Shown: positions 1 to 8,419 of the stretch, in pieces
Position numbering within the stretch: position 1 is the stretch's first letter
Layout of the letters: each line of letters begins with the position of its first letter
Source of the DNA: an uncultured candidate division Zixibacteria bacterium
Lineage (GTDB): Bacteria; Zixibacteria; MSB-5A5; UBA10806
Assembly (NCBI GenBank): GCA_963817915.1
Contig: CAWFQL010000009.1
Span: 288,001 to 352,000 of the forward strand
Direction: 5' to 3'
DNA length: 64,000 nucleotides
Program-made: the position numbers and the translations under genes
The notes under the pieces: generated by a model
Database searches by the model: none
Told to the model about the DNA's origin: nothing
Seen by the model: the letters and a program-made list of their open reading frames with translations, nothing else

Positions 1-33
1 GTGAAGTCGAGAATCGATTCTGACCGGCCAATA

Positions 34-59
34 TGTCGGGTCAGGCGACCCGACACCAC
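34..59. repeat. REP-like hairpin (TGTCGGGT-caggcg-ACCCGACA-ccac)
   Basis: Perfect stem; reverse complement of the copy at about 54685-54710. Confidence 0.75.
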
Positions 60-74
60 GTCAAGATATTATCT

Positions 75-148
75 GCCCGCGTAGCTCATCTGGATAGAGC
101 ATCTGCCTTCTAAGCAGGTGGTAGCAGGTTCGAGCCCTGCCGCGGGTA
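75..148 (+). tRNA. tRNA-Arg (anticodon TCT)
   Basis: Acceptor stem GCCCGCG/CGCGGGT, D arm GCTC..GAGC, anticodon loop CT-TCT-AA, T loop GTTCGAG; CCA not encoded. Confidence 0.95.
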
Positions 149-203
149 TTCTTGAATGCTATTGTATTTGCAGATAGATTTTACAATTAAAGATAATTAT
201 TAC

Positions 204-277
204 GCCCCCGTAGCTCATTTGGATAGAGCATCTGCCTTCGAAGCAGTGGGTAGCAGGTTCGACTCCTGTCGGGGGTA
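204..277 (+). tRNA. tRNA-Arg (anticodon TCG)
   Basis: Acceptor stem GCCCCCG/CGGGGGT, anticodon loop CT-TCG-AA, T loop GTTCGAC; 65/74 nt identical to the upstream tRNA by manual alignment. Confidence 0.93.
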
Positions 278-288
278 AAGATATTTTG

Positions 289-316
289 GAGGTCAGGAAA
301 GGATTCCTGACCTCGC
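289..316. repeat. REP-like hairpin, GTCAGGAA..TTCCTGAC family
   Basis: GAGGTCAGGAA-agga-TTCCTGACCTC; related copies near 1089, 1578, 45783, 45816, 49278 and 63748. Confidence 0.8.
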
Positions 317-323
317 TTTAGAT

Positions 324-863
324 ATGAATTCCATTTTACAGAAATTAATCGGCGGCGATTTTCGTTCGATCGGAAAATCGAATGAAGTGGTCGCTATAGT
401 TTTATCTAATCCTCTGCTATTTCCCGAACTGTTTGCCGGGTTATTCGTAGATGACCCATTGGTGCGGATGAGGGCCGCGGACTCGATCGAGAAGATAACG
501 TTAAATAAGCCTGAACTACTCCAAAAATATAAACGACAAATATTCGATAAAGCATCATTAATCGAACAGCAGGAAGTGCAATGGCATATCGCGCAGATTA
601 TTCCGCGGCTGAAACTTTCCAAGTCCGATATGGCGAAAGCGCTGAAAATACTCGATTCATATTTGAAGACTACGAAAAGCAATATTGTATGCGTCATGTC
701 CTTGCAGGCATTAGCGGAATTGGCGATGCAAGGTACTCTAAATATAGATGAGATTATAAAAAGAATTAAAATATATGCGAAGCAAGTCAATACGCCATCG
801 GTTACCGCGAGATCGAGAAAGCTTATTAAAATGCTGGAATCACCGAGCCGCAAAACGGCGTAA
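324..863 (+). CDS. HEAT/ARM-repeat-like hypothetical protein
   Basis: 179-aa helical ORF with DPLVRMRAADSIEKIT and QQEVQWHIAQIIPRL, HEAT-repeat-like patterns. Confidence 0.65.
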   Translation: MNSILQKLIGGDFRSIGKSNEVVAIVLSNPLLFPELFAGLFVDDPLVRMRAADSIEKITLNKPELLQKYKRQIFDKASLIEQQEVQWHIAQIIPRLKLSKSDMAKALKILDSYLKTTKSNIVCVMSLQALAELAMQGTLNIDEIIKRIKIYAKQVNTPSVTARSRKLIKMLESPSRKTA

Positions 864-880
864 TATTTAAGGGAAATAAT

Positions 881-1081
881 ATGATTAAATTCCTGCTATG
901 GCTGATATTGTTCGTGATTTGCTGGCCATTGGCTCTGCTGGCATTGATATTGTATCCATTCATTTGGATTCTAATGCTGCCGTTTCGCTTGATCGGGATA
1001 ACGGTCACCGGTGTATTTGAGCTGATAAAGGCGATAATCATGCTGCCATCGAGAGTGCTGGCGGGACGAAAGAATCTGTAG
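881..1081 (+). CDS. small hydrophobic membrane protein
   Basis: 66 aa, almost entirely hydrophobic, AAGGGA RBS upstream. Confidence 0.7.
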   Translation: MIKFLLWLILFVICWPLALLALILYPFIWILMLPFRLIGITVTGVFELIKAIIMLPSRVLAGRKNL

Positions 1082-1088
1082 AAATTGC

Positions 1089-1161
1089 CGTCAGGAAAGG
1101 ATTCCTGACGCGCATCAATAAATAAGGCGGAACCATCCGCCTGCGGCGGATTCCGCCCTAC
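1089..1161. repeat. two REP-like hairpins between convergent genes
   Basis: CGTCAGGAAAGGATTCCTGACG (1089-1110) and GGCGGAA...TTCCGCC-CTAC (1126-1161; CTAC is the reverse complement of the GTAG REP tetranucleotide). Confidence 0.75.
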
Positions 1162-1178
1162 TCTCAATCGCAAAAAAT

Positions 1179-1430
1179 CTACCGGCCTTCTTTGACCTCG
1201 ATGATCTCATCGGCGACAAGCCCGTGAGCCTGGCGATGAACCATCTCGCCTGCTTCACTATTTGGCGCTTCGAATAAGCAGAATACTGTCCCATCACCTT
1301 CGTTATACCAATATTTCAGGTAGTTCACCCCGTACTGCTTCTGGGTTTGAACATCTTTGCGGTGCGCGTCAGCAACCGCTTCGGCTGTTAAGCCATTTAC
1401 GTTTTTGTGAATATCCATGTACAGTGGCAT
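1179..1430 (-). CDS. DUF4242 / SCO4226-like nickel-binding protein
   Basis: MPLYMDIH...AHRKD...YLKYW...GTVFCLFEAP...VHRQAHGLVADEIIEV pattern; AGGAGG RBS. Confidence 0.85.
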   Translation of the reverse strand: MPLYMDIHKNVNGLTAEAVADAHRKDVQTQKQYGVNYLKYWYNEGDGTVFCLFEAPNSEAGEMVHRQAHGLVADEIIEVKEGR

Positions 1431-1547
1431 TTCGCCTCCTTTTGGTTAATGCCCTAAAAATGTAAATATGTGAACGAAGGCGCATTTTATAAAGTTCCTG
1501 ATAATAAAATAGGATATGCGGGCGGTGGGCAATTGAAAATCAAAAGT

Positions 1548-1723
1548 GCGCTTTTTCAAACGCCCCTACAAATAACAGAGGTCAGGAAGGGATTCCTAAC
1601 CTCGCATCTATGTGAGGGTTTGATTAATCAAACCCTTACAAATTTCTGTTTATTGTCGGGTGCGGAGACCCGACGACACATGCCAATTTCTGTTTATTGT
1701 TGGTTCGCGGGACTCGACGACAC
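1548..1723. repeat. array of five co-oriented REP-like hairpins from different families
   Basis: Units at 1548-1569 (..CCCCTAC), 1578-1605, 1612-1639 (..CCCTTAC), 1655-1679, plus a degenerate 44-bp tandem copy ending at 1723. Confidence 0.75.
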
Positions 1724-1736
1724 TCTCCAAATTAAT

Positions 1737-3356
1737 TTATCCTAAAAATGGATATTTGTAATCGGTGGGCGGGACGAAATTCTCTTTGATCGTCCGCGGC
1801 GATGTCCAACGAATCATATTGAGCAGACTGCCGGCCTTGTCGTTGGTACCGGATGCTCTGGCGCCGCCAAATGGCTGTTGGCCGACTACCGCGCCGGTCG
1901 GTTTGTCGTTGATATAGAAATTACCGGCGGCGTGGCGAAGCTTTGTCATTACCTCTATTACGGCCTGTCTATCTCTGGCGAAGACTGCGCCGGTAAGAGC
2001 ATATGTCGATGTATTATTGCAGAGCTCGATTGTCTCGCTGAATTTGGCATCATCGTATACATAGACAGCCATGACCGGGCCAAATATTTCCTCTTCCAGC
2101 AATTTGAAATGAGGATTAGATGTTAATACCAAAGTAGGCTCGATAAAATATCCCTTGGAATCATCGCATTTGCCGCCGAAAACGATCTCGGCCTCGTTGG
2201 AGTTTTTGGCAAAATCGATAAAGGATTTGATCGTATCAAATGCGTCTTTGTCTATGACGGCGTTGATGAAGTTGGTGAAATCATCGGGAGCTCCCATTTT
2301 CATTTCTTTGGAATTGGCAACAAGGATATCCTTGATCTTTGGCCAGAGCGATTTGGGGATATACGATCTTGAGGCCGCGGAGCATTTCTGCCCCTGATAT
2401 TCGAACGCGCCGCGAGTTATCGCCGTAGCAACCTGCGCGACATCGGCGGAATTATGCACAAATATAAAATCCTTGCCGCCGGTCTCCCCTACTATACGAG
2501 GATATGATTTATATTTTTCGATATTCTGGCCAATCGTGCGCCAAATCATTTGGAAGACACTGGTGCTGCCCGTAAAATGGACGCCTGCAAGCTCGGGATG
2601 TTTTAAGATAAGCTCGCCGACATCACTGCCGCGCGCGGTGATCATATTGATCACGCCGTCGGGAAGGCCAGCTTCTTTAAATATTCTCATGATTAATTGA
2701 GCTGTATAAATGACGCTGGAGGCAGGTTTCCAGACAACAGTATTGCCCATGATTGCCGGAGCCGCGGGCAAATTTCCGCCGATTGATACAAAATTGAATG
2801 GAGTTACCGCAAAGACAAATCCTTCGAGCGGACGGTAATCCATGCGATTCCAGGTTTGAGGTGAATTTACTGGCTGCATATTGAAAATCTGCTCGGCGAA
2901 ATAGACATTATAGCGGAAGAAATCGGCCAGCTCGACTACAGCGTCGATTTCAGCCTGGAAAACATTTTTATCGTGAGAAAGCATCGTAGCGGCATTCATC
3001 TCAGCGCGATACGGCCCCGCGAGTAGGTCTGCGGCCTTTAGGAAGATCGAGGCTCTATCGGCCCACGGCATGGCTTCCCAGGCTGGTTTCGCCTTGAGCG
3101 CGGCTGCCACGGCGGATTCTACTTCGTTTTTTCCACCTTTATAATAGTACCCAAGAATCTGCTTGTGATCATGCGGCATTGTCATAGCGACCTTATCCGC
3201 AGTCTTGATTTCCTTACCGCCGATTATCATAGGGGCATCTATCTGCATGCCCTTGAGCTTATTTAATGCATCGATTAGCTTGGCCCGTTCCGGTGAGCCG
3301 GGAGCATACGCCAGAATCGTTTCATTAACAGGTATCGGAACTTTGAAATTGCCCAT
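1737..3356 (-). CDS. pruA: L-glutamate gamma-semialdehyde (P5C) dehydrogenase
   Basis: ALDH motifs FTGS, GETGGKD, FEYQGQKCSA, EEIFGP, INDKPTGAVVGQQPFGG; ATG follows GGAGG. Confidence 0.93.
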   Translation of the reverse strand: MGNFKVPIPVNETILAYAPGSPERAKLIDALNKLKGMQIDAPMIIGGKEIKTADKVAMTMPHDHKQILGYYYKGGKNEVESAVAAALKAKPAWEAMPWADRASIFLKAADLLAGPYRAEMNAATMLSHDKNVFQAEIDAVVELADFFRYNVYFAEQIFNMQPVNSPQTWNRMDYRPLEGFVFAVTPFNFVSIGGNLPAAPAIMGNTVVWKPASSVIYTAQLIMRIFKEAGLPDGVINMITARGSDVGELILKHPELAGVHFTGSTSVFQMIWRTIGQNIEKYKSYPRIVGETGGKDFIFVHNSADVAQVATAITRGAFEYQGQKCSAASRSYIPKSLWPKIKDILVANSKEMKMGAPDDFTNFINAVIDKDAFDTIKSFIDFAKNSNEAEIVFGGKCDDSKGYFIEPTLVLTSNPHFKLLEEEIFGPVMAVYVYDDAKFSETIELCNNTSTYALTGAVFARDRQAVIEVMTKLRHAAGNFYINDKPTGAVVGQQPFGGARASGTNDKAGSLLNMIRWTSPRTIKENFVPPTDYKYPFLG

Positions 3357-3480
3357 TTTATCCTCCAAAAATCAAAGAAAGCATCTTAAAACAACTCCAA
3401 TAAATTTCATCAACGTTATAATATTTGTTAATGTTCCATAGTCAAGGGATTAATGGGGAATTCAGGCAAGTCACTTTAGA

Positions 3481-3579
3481 TGTCATTGCGAGGAGTCCGG
3501 CAGCCGCCGGACAAAGAAGCAATCTGAAGGCTGCTACCCACAGATTGCTTCGTCCGCCTGTGGCGGACTCGCAATGACA
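3481..3579. repeat. about 100-bp cruciform palindromic element (GTCATTGCGAG..GCAATC/GATTGC..CTCGCAATGAC)
   Basis: Terminal inverted repeat TGTCATTGCGAG/CTCGCAATGACA with internal hairpins; half copy at 37133. Confidence 0.8.
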
Positions 3580-3638
3580 TTTTCTGCAATATGAAATATC
3601 GAGAAAATTCTTGAATTATGAAATTAGAATTCCGGAAA

Positions 3639-4349
3639 TTAGTTTTCGCCGAGGTAGGCCTTGCGCACTTGTTCATTCTGGGCGATTTCGGAGGCAGGCC
3701 CATGAATAACTATATTCCCGGTTTCAAGCACATATCCATGATGGGCAATTTTCAAGGCGAAGTGAGCGTTCTGTTCAACCAGCAAAATTGTCATACCGAG
3801 TTGGATATTGATTTCCTGAATTGCCTTGAATATGGCCTTCACCAAAATTGGGCCGATGCCCAGAGACGGCTCATCGAGTAAAAGCATTTTGGGCCGCGCC
3901 ATCAGCGCTCGGCCAATTGCAAGCATTTGCTGTTCGCCGCCTGAGAGAGTGCCGCCGGGCTGTTTTATTCTTTCTTGGAGTCTTGGGAAAAGAGTAAACA
4001 CGAAATTCAAATCATCGGCTATAGCGAGTTTATCTTTTCGCAAATAGGCGCCCATTTCGAGATTTTCTTTGACAGTCAGGTTGGCGAATATCATTCTGCC
4101 TTCGGGGGCGTGCGAGATACCGGCCGCGACAATCTTATGGGCCTTCATTCCGGATATATCGACACCATCGAAAAAGATTTCGCCGCTTACGGGCTTAATC
4201 AGACCGGAGATTGTCCGAAGCGTGGTGCTCTTGCCCGCACCATTGGCGCCTAAAAGAGTGACAATCTTACCATCCTCCACCAGGACTGAAATGCCTTTGA
4301 TGGCCGAGATCGCCCCGTAATTAACATGCAGGTTTTGAATTTTTAGCAT
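3639..4349 (-). CDS. livF: branched-chain amino acid ABC transporter ATPase
   Basis: GANGAGKS, LSGGEQQMLAIGRALM, LLLDEPSLG, VRKAYLG. Confidence 0.92.
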   Translation of the reverse strand: MLKIQNLHVNYGAISAIKGISVLVEDGKIVTLLGANGAGKSTTLRTISGLIKPVSGEIFFDGVDISGMKAHKIVAAGISHAPEGRMIFANLTVKENLEMGAYLRKDKLAIADDLNFVFTLFPRLQERIKQPGGTLSGGEQQMLAIGRALMARPKMLLLDEPSLGIGPILVKAIFKAIQEINIQLGMTILLVEQNAHFALKIAHHGYVLETGNIVIHGPASEIAQNEQVRKAYLGEN

Positions 4350-4351
4350 CG

Positions 4352-5119
4352 CTAAGTTACCTGCTCTCCGAGGTAGGCCTCGATGACCTTAGGATTTTTT
4401 TGGATTTCATCCGGCGGCCCTTCGGCAATTTTCACTCCGTAGTCCAAGACAATTACTCGTTCGCAGATACCCATGACGACTTTCATGTCGTGTTCGATCA
4501 TCAGGATCGCGATATTGAATTTTTCGCGTATCGATTTAATCAGATTCATGAGCTCGACTTTTTCGCTGGGATTTAGCCCTGCCGCGGGCTCATCGAGGAG
4601 AAGCAATTTGGGATTTGTTGCCAAGCCTCGGACGATTTCAAGACGCCGTTGCGAGCCGTAAGGAAGCGAAGTCGATTGCTCATTGCCGAAAGTATTGAGA
4701 TCGAAGATTTCGAGAATGCTTAGTATATTGTCCCTGATTTTATCCTCTTCCTTGTGGCAACTTTCCATTCCCAGGGCAGCTTGCATGAATCCGTATTTGA
4801 TTAATTTGGTTTGCGAAACCTGCGCGCTTTCGAAAACCGATAACGATGGGCATAGCCTGATATTCTGGAACGTGCGTGTTACTCCGCGCCGGGCGATAAG
4901 ATACGGCTTGAGTCCGATCAGAGATTTATCTTCGAAAGAAATATTACCCGAAGTTGGCTTATAGAAACCTGTTACCATATTGAATACGGTCGTCTTCCCG
5001 GCGCCATTAGGACCGATAAGACCGATGAGATCATTAGAACCGACATCGAAGGAAAGGTTCGAGACGGCGGTCAGCCCGCCAAATTGCATTGTGCAGTCTT
5101 GAAATGATAACAACGCCAT
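4352..5119 (-). CDS. livG: branched-chain amino acid ABC transporter ATPase
   Basis: FGGLTAV, GPNGAGKTT, RTFQNIRL, LLLDEPAAG, IEHDM, VIEAYLG. Confidence 0.92.
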   Translation of the reverse strand: MALLSFQDCTMQFGGLTAVSNLSFDVGSNDLIGLIGPNGAGKTTVFNMVTGFYKPTSGNISFEDKSLIGLKPYLIARRGVTRTFQNIRLCPSLSVFESAQVSQTKLIKYGFMQAALGMESCHKEEDKIRDNILSILEIFDLNTFGNEQSTSLPYGSQRRLEIVRGLATNPKLLLLDEPAAGLNPSEKVELMNLIKSIREKFNIAILMIEHDMKVVMGICERVIVLDYGVKIAEGPPDEIQKNPKVIEAYLGEQVT

Positions 5120-5124
5120 CTATC

Positions 5125-6081
5125 TTATTTCCCCGATAATTTTGAAGGCAATAATTTAATTTTAAAAAACGGAGCACGCCCGAAAAGCCCCTGCGGACGA
5201 GTGATCATAATAATAATCAGGAGCAATGAATAGATTACCATGCGATATTCGGCGATCGATCTTAGCGCCTCAGGAAGTATGGTAAGTATGACTGCAGAAA
5301 TGATCACTCCAAAAATGCTACCCATGCCTCCTATGATTACCATGACAACTATTTCGAATGATTTCAGAAAGCCGAATTGCGACGGGTTTATATAGGTCAC
5401 AAAATGGGCGTAAAGCCCGCCGGCAATCCCCGCGAAAAATGCGCCCGTAACAAAGGCGATTACTTTATAGCGGGTGCTGTTAATCCCCATGGCCTCGGCA
5501 CCGATTTCATCATCGGATATGGCCAGAAAGCCTTTCCCGTAGGTGGAGTTGATCAGGTTATAAATTAAGAATATCAATATAGCGACACTGCCGAATACCC
5601 AGAAAAAATTGCTCATCTTGGGAATACCGGTGAAACCGCGAGCGGCTCCGAGAAAATCAAGATTCTGGACTATAACCCGGATAATCTCGCCCAGCCCAAG
5701 TGTTGTGATAGCCAGGTAATCACCCTTCAGGCGGAGGCTGGGAATTCCGACCAATAGACCAAAGATAGATGCCATCAAACCGCCTGCAAGCAGCACGAGC
5801 GCAAAGAGCATAGTGCTAAAGATGTCGCCAGGGCGAAGATTGAGAGAGGATGATATTACCGAGGCGGTGTAAGCCCCAACCGCCATGAACCCGGCATGAC
5901 CCAGCGAAAATTGGCCCGCGAAACCGTTGATTAGATTCAAGCTTGAGGCGAGAATGATATTGATCCCGATATAAATAATAATCTGGAAATAGTACGGGTT
6001 GATGTTGCGTTCAAATAGCGAACCAATGATGCTGACAGCAACCGCGATAATCAAATACAATGTCGGCTTGCGAATTTTCAC
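5125..6081 (-). CDS. livM: branched-chain amino acid ABC transporter permease
   Basis: SLNLINGFAGQFSLGHAGFMAVGAY, LRLKGDYLAITTLG, RPQGL. Confidence 0.9.
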   Translation of the reverse strand: MKIRKPTLYLIIAVAVSIIGSLFERNINPYYFQIIIYIGINIILASSLNLINGFAGQFSLGHAGFMAVGAYTASVISSSLNLRPGDIFSTMLFALVLLAGGLMASIFGLLVGIPSLRLKGDYLAITTLGLGEIIRVIVQNLDFLGAARGFTGIPKMSNFFWVFGSVAILIFLIYNLINSTYGKGFLAISDDEIGAEAMGINSTRYKVIAFVTGAFFAGIAGGLYAHFVTYINPSQFGFLKSFEIVVMVIIGGMGSIFGVIISAVILTILPEALRSIAEYRMVIYSLLLIIIMITRPQGLFGRAPFFKIKLLPSKLSGK

Positions 6082-6083
6082 AA

Positions 6084-6989
6084 TTAGACTTTCTCCGATT
6101 CGCTTTTGCCCAGCAATCCCGCGGGCTTGAATAACAATATCAATATCAGGATGGCGAATGCTATTGCGTCTCTAAAAGTCGGAGAGATATACCCTGCCAC
6201 AAACGTTTCGGTTACTCCAATAATCAATCCGCCAAGCGCGGCACCCATGATATTGCCAATTCCGCCCAATACAGCTGAGACAAAGGCTTTTAAGCCAGGG
6301 AATATTCCCATTAATGGATTGATACTGGGATAGACCGAAGCATATAAAATCGCCGCCGCCGCCGCCAGACTGGAACCCAAAATAAATGTAAACGAAATCA
6401 CTGTATCGATATCAATTCCCATAAGGCTGGCTGTTTTGTGATTGAATGACACCGCACGCATGGCCGTGCCTATTTTCGTATTGAAAACAATTATGCGCAA
6501 TAGAAGCATCAATATTAAAGCCGTGGCGATTACGACAATCGAATTAGTACCGATTATAAGGTCTTTGGTATTAATCACAGAACCCGATGGAATCAACTGC
6601 GGAAACGGCTTGGGATCGGGACCGAAGACGAGCTGGCCGCCATATTCGAGAAAGAATGAAACTCCTATGGCGGTTATCAAGACGGTTAATTTGGGACGTG
6701 AACGTAAAGGTCTATAGGCCAATTTCTCGATAAATACACCTAGCAATGAACAGATTAACATGGCGATCACGAGGACAACTATCCCTGAGATAAGTCCGGG
6801 ACCTCCAAAAAACGATATCACTCTCGGCCCGATATAAAAGCCGACAAAGGCGCCGACCATGAAAACGTCGCCGTGGGCGAAATTAATAAAGCGCAAAACG
6901 CCGTATATCATCGTATAGCCGATGGCGATCAAGGCATAGATACTGCCCAGCGAAAGGCCGTTGATGATCTGCTGGAGAAATTCGCTCAT
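6084..6989 (-). CDS. livH: branched-chain amino acid ABC transporter permease
   Basis: INGLSLGSIYALIAIGYTMIYG..INFAHG, GLKAFVSAVLGGIG, KPAGLLG. Confidence 0.92.
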   Translation of the reverse strand: MSEFLQQIINGLSLGSIYALIAIGYTMIYGVLRFINFAHGDVFMVGAFVGFYIGPRVISFFGGPGLISGIVVLVIAMLICSLLGVFIEKLAYRPLRSRPKLTVLITAIGVSFFLEYGGQLVFGPDPKPFPQLIPSGSVINTKDLIIGTNSIVVIATALILMLLLRIIVFNTKIGTAMRAVSFNHKTASLMGIDIDTVISFTFILGSSLAAAAAILYASVYPSINPLMGIFPGLKAFVSAVLGGIGNIMGAALGGLIIGVTETFVAGYISPTFRDAIAFAILILILLFKPAGLLGKSESEKV

Positions 6990-7010
6990 TTAATACTGAT
7001 ATTGTTCGGG

Positions 7011-8147
7011 CTAAGGCTGAATAGTTTCTTTGTAGCGAGCCTGACCATTTTCAACGGCGATAATTACTACCGATTTTCTCGCGTTACGATCTTTATCGAT
7101 TGTGATTGAGCCAGTAATGCCCTTATAATCCCTGGTGGCCGCAATAGCATCCCGTATAGCCGCCCCATTGGTCGAGCCTGCCCTGCCGATTGCATCGAAC
7201 ATGATATTGGCTGCATCGTAGCCGAGGGCGACCATGACATCGGGGATTTCAGTGCCATATAGCGAGTGATATTTCGCGACAAATTGCCTTACAACAGTAT
7301 TGGTATCATCGGCAGAATAGCCTGTCGCATAGTAGGAATTATTTAACGCGGGCCCACCGATTTCGATTAGCTTGGCAGAATCCCAACCATCGCCGCCCAT
7401 AAAGGGCATATTCATATTCAATTCGCGCGCCTGCTTGACTATCAAAGCAACTTCGGTATAATAACCGGGTACGACGATGGCTTCGGGGGCTGCGCCCTTT
7501 AGGTTTGTTAACTGCGCTTTAAAATCGCTATCTCCCTCGCTATATGCTTGCTCGGCAACAATAACACCGCCTAATTTCTCATAAGCTTCTTTAAAATACT
7601 GGGCCAAACCCACGCTGTAATCGTTCTTGATATCTTTCAGTATGGCAGCTTTGGTCAATTTGAGCGAATTGAAAACGAATTTCGCCATGACCTCGCCCTG
7701 GAAGGGATCGATGTAGCAGACTCTAAAAATGTAATCGCCTTTTTGGGTGACAGCCGGGTTTGTTGACGCGGGGCTGATCATCGGGATGCCATTGGCCTGA
7801 CAAATGGGAGCGGCGGCCAGACTTCGCGATGATGCCACTTCGCCAATGATGGCTTTGACATTGTCGCGGTTTATTAATTTAGTTACAGCGGATGCGGCTT
7901 CCTCTGGCTTTGACTGGGTATCTTCTGTCAATAGCTTGATTTTCTTGCCAAGCACTCCGCCTTTGGCATTAATTTCATCAACGGCCATCATCAAACCGCG
8001 ATGGGTCGATTGGCCGAATGTTGCAGTAGTGCCGGTCATCGATGAATATTCGCCAATCAGGATTTCATTTTGCGAGCCGCCCCCGCCGCATGATATGATT
8101 AATGCACAGGCGCCAACGGCCAGAATTGATGTCAAATACCGTTTCAT
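7011..8147 (-). CDS. livK: branched-chain amino acid ABC transporter substrate-binding lipoprotein (LivJ/K family)
   Basis: Lipobox IISC; INAKGGVLGKKI, DFKAQLT, GGDGWDS, ALGYDA; first gene of the liv operon. Confidence 0.88.
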   Translation of the reverse strand: MKRYLTSILAVGACALIISCGGGGSQNEILIGEYSSMTGTTATFGQSTHRGLMMAVDEINAKGGVLGKKIKLLTEDTQSKPEEAASAVTKLINRDNVKAIIGEVASSRSLAAAPICQANGIPMISPASTNPAVTQKGDYIFRVCYIDPFQGEVMAKFVFNSLKLTKAAILKDIKNDYSVGLAQYFKEAYEKLGGVIVAEQAYSEGDSDFKAQLTNLKGAAPEAIVVPGYYTEVALIVKQARELNMNMPFMGGDGWDSAKLIEIGGPALNNSYYATGYSADDTNTVVRQFVAKYHSLYGTEIPDVMVALGYDAANIMFDAIGRAGSTNGAAIRDAIAATRDYKGITGSITIDKDRNARKSVVIIAVENGQARYKETIQP

Positions 8148-8277
8148 TTTTTACCTTTCTTCTTATCCATTTTGGACATGAAGATATGAGTAAGAGATAC
8201 TATTTGTCAAGGAATGGGAAGGGGCATACGAGAGAAAATATACGGATATGGTTATTTTGACGGGGCGTTTACTGCTT

Positions 8278-8411
8278 CGTCGGGTGCGGAGACCCGACGA
8301 CACGGGTAAATTGCGGAAATTCGGACTTGCTAAGTTGCGGGCCGACACATGGGTCGGCCCCTACGGATAAATTCGTTTTCCAGAGGCGGGTTTGGTGAAT
8401 CAAACCCCTAC
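8278..8411. repeat. array of three co-oriented REP-like hairpins
   Basis: GTCGGGTGCGGAGACCCGAC-GACAC (8278-8303), GGGCCGAC..GTCGGCCC-CTAC (8338-8364), GGGGTTTG..CAAACCCC-TAC (about 8387-8411). Confidence 0.78.
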
Positions 8412-8419
8412 GGTTGCAA

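Noticed and set aside
293..853. Antisense or alternate-frame ORFs overlapping well-supported genes (e.g. 293-853, 8568-9074, 29686-30234, 57918-58421)
   Set aside because: Shadow ORFs of real genes with no independent motifs
75..1430. Integrative island or prophage at the tRNA-Arg genes
   Set aside because: No integrase, no phage genes and no downstream duplicate of a tRNA 3' end were seen
1470..1745. Short ORFs across palindrome clusters (1470-1745, 3476-3703, 8163-8348, 19401-19604, 54548-54736, 57581-57883, 61394-61582)
   Set aside because: They translate GC-rich repeat hairpins and show no protein motifs; likely spurious
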